From positions 1-62,830 of the forward strand of contig JAPOVF010000260.1 of NCBI GenBank assembly GCA_026708285.1: a stretch of DNA of 62,830 nucleotides. Reading direction: 5' to 3'. Under the pieces are notes generated by a model. That model saw only the letters and a list, made by a program, of their open reading frames with translations. It did no database searches and was not told where the DNA came from. Both the position numbers and the translations under genes were made by a program. Shown one piece after another: positions 1 to 7,824 of this stretch (its first letter is position 1; every line of letters starts with the position of its first letter). The stretch is from Acidobacteriota bacterium (GTDB lineage Bacteria > Acidobacteriota > Thermoanaerobaculia > Multivoradales > Multivoraceae).

Positions 1-2
1 GG

Positions 3-764
3 GGCCGCGCGGCCCTCGTCACCGGCGGCGGCAGCGGCATCGGACTGGCGATCGCACGGGCCCTCGCCTGGGGCGGAGCGAGCGTCGCCCTCGGCGGACG
101 CCGGCGTGACGTAGTCGAAGCGGCCGCCGCCGACCTTTGCGCGCTCGGTCTCACCTCTGTCGCCGTCGCCGGGGACGTCTCCAGCGCCGACGGCGCCCGC
201 CGACTGGTGGACGAAGCGGCTCGCGAGCTCGACGGGCTCGACATCCTGGTCAACTGCGCCGGTGTGTACCGCGCCGGACCGCTCGCCGCCGAGCACGCGG
301 CGGGTCCCGACCCGGTCGACCTGGTCGTCGACATCGACCTGAAGGGTGTGCTGTTCGTGACCCGGGCCGCGATCCCCCATCTCCGTGCAAGCGGCGGCGG
401 CGCGATCGTCAACATCTCGTCGTCGCTCACCCAGTTGCCGCTTGCCAACTGCTCCGTCTACTCGGCCGCCAAGGCCGGCGTCGACGCGTTGACCCGCAAC
501 CTCGCGGCCGAGCTGGCGGCCGACCGGATCAGGGTCAACGCCGTCCTCCCCGGCGTCGTCCGCACACCGATCTTCGAGACGATCATGCCGCCCGGCGAGG
601 CCGCCGCCTTCCTCGACGGCTTCGGCGACGAAGTACCGCTGGGCCGGATCGGCGAGCCGGACGACGTCGCACGCGCAGCCGTCTTCCTCTGCGACCCGGC
701 CAACGACTGGATCACCGGAGCCTTGCTCGCCGTCGACGGCGGGCTCAGCCTGGGCTCCCGGTAG
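3..764 (+). CDS. SDR family NAD(P)-dependent oxidoreductase (5' end runs off the window)
   Basis: Reading upstream of ORF 207 in frame gives GRAALVTGGGSGIG (TGxxxGxG). It also has NCAG, catalytic YSAAK and a typical C-terminal ITGALLAVDGG. Confidence 0.93.
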   Translation, partial: GRAALVTGGGSGIGLAIARALAWGGASVALGGRRRDVVEAAAADLCALGLTSVAVAGDVSSADGARRLVDEAARELDGLDILVNCAGVYRAGPLAAEHAAGPDPVDLVVDIDLKGVLFVTRAAIPHLRASGGGAIVNISSSLTQLPLANCSVYSAAKAGVDALTRNLAAELAADRIRVNAVLPGVVRTPIFETIMPPGEAAAFLDGFGDEVPLGRIGEPDDVARAAVFLCDPANDWITGALLAVDGGLSLGSR

Positions 765-870
765 TCCACTGGGTACGCCGGCCCTCTGGCCGGCCGTGGC
801 GCGGGTCTTCTGACCCGCGAGAGAAGCGCCGCGAAGCGGCCAAGGCGATGCAGCCATACTTCCCTTCCCC

Positions 871-1710
871 ATGGACGCCACCACCCAAGCCGCTCTCCGC
901 CGGATCAACCGCGAGTTCTACAGTCGGCACGCGGCCGACTTCGACCGCACCCGCCACCCGGGCGGCTGGCCCGGCTGGCGAAGCGTCGTCGAAACGGCGG
1001 TGTCGCCGACTGGCCGTCCCCTCCATGTCCTCGATCTCGGCTGCGGCAACGGCCGCTTCGCCCTGTTCCTGGAGAACAACCCCGAACTCCTCAACCACCG
1101 GCCCTTCACCTACCACGGCATCGACCTCAGTAGCGAGCTGATCGACCACGCCCGAGCTGCCACCGCCGGCGTCGACCACATCCGCTTCCAAGTCGACGAC
1201 ATCGAGAACTGCACCCTCGCGGAAGCGACTCATGACCTGGTCACCCTGTTCGGCGTCCTCCACCACCTTCCTGGCTTCAAGTCCCGGCGCCGCACCCTCG
1301 AACGCGCCGCATCGGCGGTGGCACCGGGGGGCCTCCTTGCCCTTACCTGCTGGCAGTTCGCCGACGATCCCCGATTCGAAGACCGCCGGCTCGACTGGTG
1401 TTCGGCAGCGGGGGTCGACCCAGCCGAACTCGAACCCGGAGATCACTTGCTGCGCTGGGGACAGGCCGACACTGAAGGCCGCCGGCAAAGCCGGCGACGA
1501 TCCTCCCGCCGCCTCCGGCGGCAGCGGGTCGGAAGACCCGCGCACCAAGCGCGCCGCTACTGCCACCACACGAATGAACCGGAACTCGATCGTCTCGTCT
1601 GTGGCCTCCAGCTTGCCGAAGTCGCCCGCTACCGCTCCGACGGACGCGGGGGCCGCCAGAACCTGTACTGGCTGGGTGCTCACAACGGTGCTGCTGCTAC
1701 TTTGAGCTGA
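871..1710 (+). CDS. Class I SAM-dependent methyltransferase
   Basis: Motif I VLDLGCGNG, acidic YHGIDLS, and FGVLHH post-motif II. Confidence 0.88.
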   Translation: MDATTQAALRRINREFYSRHAADFDRTRHPGGWPGWRSVVETAVSPTGRPLHVLDLGCGNGRFALFLENNPELLNHRPFTYHGIDLSSELIDHARAATAGVDHIRFQVDDIENCTLAEATHDLVTLFGVLHHLPGFKSRRRTLERAASAVAPGGLLALTCWQFADDPRFEDRRLDWCSAAGVDPAELEPGDHLLRWGQADTEGRRQSRRRSSRRLRRQRVGRPAHQARRYCHHTNEPELDRLVCGLQLAEVARYRSDGRGGRQNLYWLGAHNGAAATLS

Positions 1711-1726
1711 AGGAGGATCGCAACCC

Positions 1727-3160
1727 ATGAAGTCCCGGTGTCTCGCTCTGGTCGCCTCCATCCTGTTGACCGCTCTCCCCGCCGTTGCCCAGCAGGAGGA
1801 GACCTACGACTACTGGCAGCCGCAGCGGCAGATGGTCCGCCTGGGCCAGCAGGCGATCTTCATGTGCAACGGACTGTTCACGTCGAACCGAACCCTCGAG
1901 CAGGTCTTCGCGCAGGAACTGGCCTACCTCCCGGAACCGGTCGGAACCGCGGAAGGCGGCGATTACGAAGTCGATTGGGAACGCAAGGCGGTGACGATCG
2001 GCTCGGGCCACGGCGTCCCGAAGATGCGGGCGACCTTCCGCGAGGGCATCGGCTGCATCGTCCTGGCGCCGGATCAGGCCCTGGACGACATCGACGGCCT
2101 GCCAGCCATCGAGATGCCGCCACTGGCCGGCGACGCGGCGAAGATCCCGTGGCCGGACGGCGACAAGACGGGCTCCATCTCACCGCCGCCCGACGTTGAC
2201 GCGGTGGCACTCCAGGCCGCCTCCGACTGGGCCTTCGACCGCGAATCGCCCCACCAGGTGACGCTCAGCCTGCTCGTCGTCCATCGCGGCCGGATCATCC
2301 ACGAGCGCTACGCCGAGGGCGTCGACATGACGACCCGCACGCGCACCTGGTCGACGGCGAAGAGCATCGCCTCGACGCTGATCGGCATGCTGGTCGACGA
2401 CGGCAAGCTGGCTCTCGATAGGCCGCTCGGCTTCGACTTCCTGCCCGCGAAGGCTGCGGCACCCGAGACCGATCCCCGGTCCGCGATCACGCTCCGTCAC
2501 GCGCTCAACATGTCGAGCGGTCTGCAGACCGTCGACAACGGCGGGCAGGAGTACGCCGTCGGCTCCGGCATGTCCTACTGGGCCGGCGCCAGCTCCGTCC
2601 AGGGCGCCCGCCGCCGCGCCCTGATCCGCGAGCCGGGCGCCAACTGGGACTACGAGAACTACGACACCCTGCTCGCCGTCTACGCGATGAAGCGCGCCCT
2701 CGGCAGCGAGAAGAAGTACCACGAGTTCCCCCGCAAGCGTCTGCTCGACCCCATCGGCATGCGGAATACCCTGCTCAGCACCGACCGCTTCGGCGACTTC
2801 GTCCTCAGCAGTCAGGTCTACACCAGCGCCCGCGACTTGGCCCGCTTCGGCCTCCTCTACCTCCAGAACGGCCTCTGGAACGGCGAACGCCTCCTCTCTG
2901 AAGAGTGGATCGACTTCGTTCGCACCCCGGCCCCCTCGACCGCCGAAAGCGGCAACTTCTACGGCGGCCAGTTCTGGCTCGTCCCCGACGAACGCAAGGA
3001 CGTCCCCGGGGAGGCCTACTCCACCGCCGGCAACCGCGGCCAGTACGTCGTCATCGTCCCCTCCCACGACCTCGTCATCGTCCGCCGCGGCCTCGACTGG
3101 GGGCGGCAGGGCTTCGACCGCTGGGACATGACACGGGAGGTGCTGAAGGCGTTCCCCTAA
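1727..3160 (+). CDS. Exported serine hydrolase, beta-lactamase/AmpC-like (class C fold) family
   Basis: Signal peptide ending AVA-Q, SxxK (STAK), YxN (YEN), and LLDPIGM and GNRGQ motifs. Confidence 0.88.
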   Translation: MKSRCLALVASILLTALPAVAQQEETYDYWQPQRQMVRLGQQAIFMCNGLFTSNRTLEQVFAQELAYLPEPVGTAEGGDYEVDWERKAVTIGSGHGVPKMRATFREGIGCIVLAPDQALDDIDGLPAIEMPPLAGDAAKIPWPDGDKTGSISPPPDVDAVALQAASDWAFDRESPHQVTLSLLVVHRGRIIHERYAEGVDMTTRTRTWSTAKSIASTLIGMLVDDGKLALDRPLGFDFLPAKAAAPETDPRSAITLRHALNMSSGLQTVDNGGQEYAVGSGMSYWAGASSVQGARRRALIREPGANWDYENYDTLLAVYAMKRALGSEKKYHEFPRKRLLDPIGMRNTLLSTDRFGDFVLSSQVYTSARDLARFGLLYLQNGLWNGERLLSEEWIDFVRTPAPSTAESGNFYGGQFWLVPDERKDVPGEAYSTAGNRGQYVVIVPSHDLVIVRRGLDWGRQGFDRWDMTREVLKAFP

Positions 3161-3182
3161 CCGAGGCCATGACCGGGCCGTC

Positions 3183-3437
3183 TCACTCTTCCAGCCGGTC
3201 TTCGGGATCCGGAACCTGGCCGCCCGATCTGCGCAACAGCCGCCGCGCCGCTTCGATGTCGGCCCGGGACGCGCGCTCCGCGAAGAATTCCGCGGTCCGC
3301 ATCGCCGAGACCTTCTCAGCCACCGCGGTCGTCACGAACTGGTTGATGCTCGTGCCATCAGCCCGGCTGATCTCGGCCACCGCCGTCTTCAACGACGTAG
3401 GTAGCCGCAACGGATAGGTACTAAGCTGCTTCTTCAT
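3183..3437 (-). CDS. Ribbon-helix-helix/HicB-like antitoxin
   Basis: MKKQLSTYPLRLPTSLKTAVAEISRADGTSINQFVTTAVAEK is an RHH pattern. Its ATG overlaps the PIN gene stop (ATGA, 3434-3437). Confidence 0.82.
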   Translation of the reverse strand: MKKQLSTYPLRLPTSLKTAVAEISRADGTSINQFVTTAVAEKVSAMRTAEFFAERASRADIEAARRLLRRSGGQVPDPEDRLEE

Positions 3438-3856
3438 GACGACAGTCTCCTCAGAGCCTCTTGGGGTGACAGCAGCGCGATGCCGAAGCGTTCGGGCGCC
3501 GGGCCGAAGTCCCTCCGGTTGAACGTCACGAGAGCGTCGGCCTCGCCGTTGATGGCGGTTTCGAGCACCATCTCGTCGCCCGGATCGCGCAATTGTGGAC
3601 GCCACAGAAACCGAGCCGCGACGGGCGCCGCAACGGCACAAAGCGCCGAGACGACGGCCTCGACCTCCGTCTCGCTCAGGCCCGACACGATCCGTTGCGC
3701 CGGATCCAAGCAGACCGCCTCGTACTCCAGCGCCAGAGGTACGGACAGCACCAACACGAAGGTCGCGTTCAAGGCGTGGTCGACCAACGCCGCGGACGCG
3801 CCGATCGGACTCCGCAGGGCGGCAACGATGACATTGGTGTCCAGAACAAGTCGCAT
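3434..3856 (-). CDS. PIN-domain toxin (putative TA toxin, PIN family)
   Basis: N-terminal VLDTNV, conserved E (LEYE), and DPGDEMVLETA...ADALVTFNRRDF acidic PIN motifs. Confidence 0.9.
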   Translation of the reverse strand: MRLVLDTNVIVAALRSPIGASAALVDHALNATFVLVLSVPLALEYEAVCLDPAQRIVSGLSETEVEAVVSALCAVAAPVAARFLWRPQLRDPGDEMVLETAINGEADALVTFNRRDFGPAPERFGIALLSPQEALRRLSS

Positions 3857-3972
3857 CGCGGGCGATATGGTATCAGTCCCCGAAAAGCCGGAACTCCGCT
3901 CAGTGAGGAGGCGGCCGACCCATCTCTCATGATGCCGTCGTCTAGGATCCGCGGCTCCGAAGACTGGGAGGT

Positions 3973-4278
3973 GTGATGACGATCGATGAGTTCGTTGCCG
4001 ATATGGCGGTGAAGGCGGGGGGTATCGATCCCCTTGGGAAGAGGCTGCTGTTCCTGCTCGACGAGGAGCAGATGCTGATCGACGGGACGGGCGACGCGAA
4101 CGTCGTCTCGAAGGTGTCCGGCCAGGAGGTCGAGTCGGACTGCACGGTGAGGATGTCGATCGACACGTTCGGCAAGCTGCAGCGCAAGGAAATCAAGCCG
4201 TTCATGGCCGTCGCCTCGGGCAAGATCAAGGTCAAGGGCGACATGTCGATTGCCGCCAAGCTGAAGAAGCTGACCTGA
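3973..4278 (+). CDS. SCP2 sterol/lipid-binding domain protein
   Basis: DCTVRMSIDTF..L....IKPFMAVASGKIKVKGDMSIAAKL is the SCP2 signature. GGAGG RBS upstream. Confidence 0.88.
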   Translation: MMTIDEFVADMAVKAGGIDPLGKRLLFLLDEEQMLIDGTGDANVVSKVSGQEVESDCTVRMSIDTFGKLQRKEIKPFMAVASGKIKVKGDMSIAAKLKKLT

Positions 4279-4280
4279 GC

Positions 4281-5522
4281 TTGGCGAACCCTTCGATCCG
4301 GATCCGGCAGCCGGTCGCGCTAAGGGCAGTCAACCGTGTCGGCGCGATGGTCCGCCGGTGCGGGCTGAAGCCCTTCGCACTGACGCCAGAGGGGATTCTG
4401 GAGAAGGCGCGGCAAGCCAGCGGGTTCGAGGTACGTGATCCCATGTTCCGGGAGGGACTCGAGCGCCTCGTTCACGGGCTCGAGACGGATGCCCGGTTGA
4501 GCACCTTCGGACGGCTGGCCGCGAGGGGCACCGTGCAGCGTTCGGCCGACTCGCGCTCCCGGGTCGAGCGGGCGCTCTCGGAACACCCGGAGATCGGCGA
4601 CGAAGAGGTCCGGCCGCCCGTCTTCATCATCGGCACGCCGCGGAGCGGGACAACGATCCTCCATGCCCTGCTGCACCTGGACCGGAACCACCGGGCGCCG
4701 CTGTCCTGGGAATGCCTCCTGCCCCACCCGGCGCCGAATCCGGACGACTACCAGGACAACGATCGGATCGAGACGGTGCGCAAGGAGTTCGACCAGATCT
4801 TCCGGTTCGTGCCCGACTTCCGCCGCAAGCACTACATGACGGCCGACTCGCCGCAGGAGTGCATCGGCATCACGGCGCTCAACTTCGCGAGCTTCCAGTA
4901 CCTCGCCATGGCCTACCTGCCGGAGTACCACGACTGGCTCGTGCAGGCTGACCAGGTCAGGAACCTGCACTGGCATCGGCGGTTCCTGCAGTTCCTGCAG
5001 TCGGGTGGCGTTCCCTTCCGTCGCTGGCTGCTCAAGTCGCCCGTCCACCTGATGCGGTTGCGGGCTCTCTTCGAGGTCTATCCGGACGCGCGGGTCATCG
5101 TGACCCACCGCCACCCGGCGTCCGTCGTGCCGTCGGTGGCGAGTCTGATCTCGTCGATGCGGTCGTTCTACTCGGACCACGAGGACACGCTCCGAACGGG
5201 GCGCGAGCAACTCCGGATCTGGGCCGACTACTTCGCCCGGTTCCTGCACGACCGCCGGGAGCTCGACCGCGAGGAACAGATGGTCGACGTCTTCTTCGAC
5301 CGTTTCGTGAAGGACCAGATGTCGGTCGTGGACGGGATCTATGCCCGCTTCGGCTGGAGTCTGCAACCCGAGGACCGGGAGAAGATGGAGCGGTTTCTGC
5401 AGCAGGAGCGCCGTGGGAAGCACGGAGCCCATGTGTACTCGCTGGACCAGATCGGCATTTCGCCGGCAGACATCGAAGACGAGTACGCCCAGTATCTGGA
5501 CTTTGTGGAGACACTACGATGA
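4281..5522 (+). CDS. PAPS-dependent sulfotransferase (Sulfotransfer_3 type)
   Basis: 5'-PSB motif PVFIIGTPRSGTTILH, WLLKSPVH, and 3'-PB THRHP. Confidence 0.9.
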   Translation: MANPSIRIRQPVALRAVNRVGAMVRRCGLKPFALTPEGILEKARQASGFEVRDPMFREGLERLVHGLETDARLSTFGRLAARGTVQRSADSRSRVERALSEHPEIGDEEVRPPVFIIGTPRSGTTILHALLHLDRNHRAPLSWECLLPHPAPNPDDYQDNDRIETVRKEFDQIFRFVPDFRRKHYMTADSPQECIGITALNFASFQYLAMAYLPEYHDWLVQADQVRNLHWHRRFLQFLQSGGVPFRRWLLKSPVHLMRLRALFEVYPDARVIVTHRHPASVVPSVASLISSMRSFYSDHEDTLRTGREQLRIWADYFARFLHDRRELDREEQMVDVFFDRFVKDQMSVVDGIYARFGWSLQPEDREKMERFLQQERRGKHGAHVYSLDQIGISPADIEDEYAQYLDFVETLR

Positions 5523-6583
5523 GCAAACCCGACTTCGAGAGCCGGCAGGCGCTGCACGAGTTCCTGGACGTGGTCCGCAACGCGGAGCAGACGTTCCTCG
5601 ATCCCGAGAAGGAACTCGACCACCAGGGCCACGTGGACGGCTACCAGCACCTGTTCCACCTGATGCAGATAACCGTCGACTTCTACCTCCACAACGATCC
5701 CCTGCGTCCCCGGCTCATGCGGCTCACCGACGGGACCCGCAAGCTCTACGGGGACAACGTGGATTCGGTCTACTACTTCTCCCAGGTCCGGGGGGACCAG
5801 GAGTACATCATCCGCGGGCGGCACTTCGGCAGCTGCTACCTGAGTTTCTGCCTCTACGGCGGAGACCCCAACGGCGAGCTGGCGGACCGGGTGACGCTCA
5901 ACGTCAACCACCGCGACATCGCGTTCGAGGACGACGGGTCGTTCGAGATCAAGCTGACGCCCGATCCGCAGGGTCCGAACGAGTTCCGGATCGATCCCGA
6001 CTCGGTGTCGCTCTTCACGCGCGAGTACTTCCTCGACCGCGCGACGGCGCGGGAGAGCATTCTCAGTATCGAGAACGCTTCGCCGCAGCCCCCCAAGCAG
6101 CCGCTCGCCGACGCCGAGCTGGCACGGCGCATCCGCAGCATGGCGATGTTCTTCATGTGCACGACGTGGATCGCCCCGCTGCCGGTCCACCTCCCGTTCA
6201 ACGAGTTCTGCGATCCGTGGGAGTTCGACCCGGAGCAGGGCGGCTGGGGGACGGTCGACAACATCTACTGCTTCTGCCGCTTCCGGCTGCAGGATCACGA
6301 GTACCTCAAGGTGACGTTCAGGTCGCCCGAGGCTTGCTACTGGGGCCTCCAGACGTGGAACTACCTGATGCAGTCGATGAACTACGAGGACTTCCCGGTC
6401 TGCGTCAACAAGCAGAGCGCCATCGCCGAGCCGGACGGCAGCTACGTCATCTACCTGAGTCACCGGGAGGCGCCGAAGAACTGGATCAGCACCGCCGGCT
6501 ACAACGAGGGCGTTCTCTTCGCCCGCTGGCTGCTTGCCGACGAACTGCCCGACACGCCCGAGGTCGAGCTGGGGGAGTGGTAA
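5519..6583 (+). CDS. DUF1214-domain protein
   Basis: GDNVDSVY, YLSF, DDGSFEIKL, YWGLQ.WN and PDGSYVIYLSH..P.NWISTAG match the sulfotransferase-associated DUF1214 type. ATGA overlap with the upstream gene. Confidence 0.7.
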   Translation: MSKPDFESRQALHEFLDVVRNAEQTFLDPEKELDHQGHVDGYQHLFHLMQITVDFYLHNDPLRPRLMRLTDGTRKLYGDNVDSVYYFSQVRGDQEYIIRGRHFGSCYLSFCLYGGDPNGELADRVTLNVNHRDIAFEDDGSFEIKLTPDPQGPNEFRIDPDSVSLFTREYFLDRATARESILSIENASPQPPKQPLADAELARRIRSMAMFFMCTTWIAPLPVHLPFNEFCDPWEFDPEQGGWGTVDNIYCFCRFRLQDHEYLKVTFRSPEACYWGLQTWNYLMQSMNYEDFPVCVNKQSAIAEPDGSYVIYLSHREAPKNWISTAGYNEGVLFARWLLADELPDTPEVELGEW

Positions 6584-6611
6584 GGGGTGGTCCAGAGAGC
6601 CGGCCAGAACC

Positions 6612-6667
6612 CGGGTGGCGCGTCCCCGCGCCACCCGCGTCACAGTCCGAGCGCCCGTCCGCGGGCG
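6612..6667. terminator. Two GC-rich hairpins between convergent genes (possible bidirectional terminator or REP-like element)
   Basis: Perfect 11-bp stem CGGGTGGCGCG/CGCGCCACCCG (6612-6637, 4-nt loop) and 6-bp stem CGCCCG/CGGGCG (6652-6667). No U-tract. Confidence 0.45.
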
Positions 6668-6714
6668 GTCGGATGTCAGGCCGGCGCACCGACGCCAGCG
6701 CACCCAGTGGCGGG

Positions 6715-7824
6715 CTAGATCCAGTCGCGATCGGCGATCTTCTTCGGCAGAAACTCCTCGGTGACGAAGGAGAGGCCCTTGCTGGAGAGGGCCTCGAGTT
6801 CCCACTTGACGCCGGCGCGGAGCATGTTCCTGATCTCTCGCTGCCAGGGCTTCGCCTTGAACCAATCGTAGTTCAGGATCTCCTTGGCGCGGGAGCGGTC
6901 CTGGTCGTTGAGGCGAATGCTGACGTCTTCGGAGAGGTCGTAGGCGCCGGGATCGAAGCTGGAGAGGCCGATGAAACGGGCCTTGGGGACGGCCATTCGC
7001 TTCGACTCGAAGGCGAGGCCGATGGAGCCCTGCTTGACCACGGAGTGGATGTAGTAGCCCCAGGGGTCGTTGTCGACGAAGACGTAGAGCGGCAGGTTCA
7101 GCTCGTTGACCATGCGGTACAGCAGGCGCCTCACACCACGCGGGGGCTGGCCCTGGCCGGTGACGAGAATGCACTTGTGGCGCTTCCAGAACTTGTCCTC
7201 GTTGAGGCGCGCCCAGACCGCCTCCTTCTCCACCAGGAGGATGAACTCGGCGCCGTGGCCAACGAAGCGGATCGTGTCCGGCTCGACGATGCCCGGGACC
7301 GACCAGCCGCCTGAGCCCATCCGGGACAGGTCGATCACGTCACCGGCGTCGACCAGGGTCAGCGGGCCGACGACCGAGCCGCGCTTGGCGGCGAACAGGT
7401 GCAGCTCCTCGCGCAGCGCGCCGAGCGTGACCTCCAGGTCCTCGATGATCGGGTCCGACTCCTCCTGGCCTTCGAAGGTGTTCTCCTTGCCGTCAGCCAG
7501 GGTGTGCTTGCTCATGTAGTAGAGGTCGCGGATGCTCGTCGTCTTCTGCTCATCGAGCAGCTGGGTGCAGCCGCGGGCGACCAGGAGCGTCTGCATGTAC
7601 TTGCGGGCCTGGTTCAGGTTGAACAGCGACCGGCGCTGGGTCGCGTCGCCCATCTCGATGATCTTCTTTCGCTTCGAGAACGTGACGTTCGAAAGCGTGC
7701 GCGATGGGATGTCGACGAAGGGGTCCACCTCGCGACGGGCCATCGCGATGGTCTTCTTCGCCAGGAACTCGATCTTGGCCTTGGCGTCGAGACTGGCCGG
7801 GATCTTCAGCCGGTCAGCCGTCAT
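6715..7824 (-). CDS. top6A: DNA topoisomerase VI subunit A (Spo11 family)
   Basis: Catalytic-Tyr motif SIRDLYY, Toprim LVEKE and VDNDPWG, TGQGQPPRGVR, and a C-terminal KWELEAL. Confidence 0.95.
   Translation of the reverse strand: MTADRLKIPASLDAKAKIEFLAKKTIAMARREVDPFVDIPSRTLSNVTFSKRKKIIEMGDATQRRSLFNLNQARKYMQTLLVARGCTQLLDEQKTTSIRDLYYMSKHTLADGKENTFEGQEESDPIIEDLEVTLGALREELHLFAAKRGSVVGPLTLVDAGDVIDLSRMGSGGWSVPGIVEPDTIRFVGHGAEFILLVEKEAVWARLNEDKFWKRHKCILVTGQGQPPRGVRRLLYRMVNELNLPLYVFVDNDPWGYYIHSVVKQGSIGLAFESKRMAVPKARFIGLSSFDPGAYDLSEDVSIRLNDQDRSRAKEILNYDWFKAKPWQREIRNMLRAGVKWELEALSSKGLSFVTEEFLPKKIADRDWI

Noticed and set aside
1727-3160. Antibiotic-resistance beta-lactamase
   Set aside because: The SxxK/YxN fold is shared with many esterases and amidases, and nothing specific supports beta-lactam hydrolysis.
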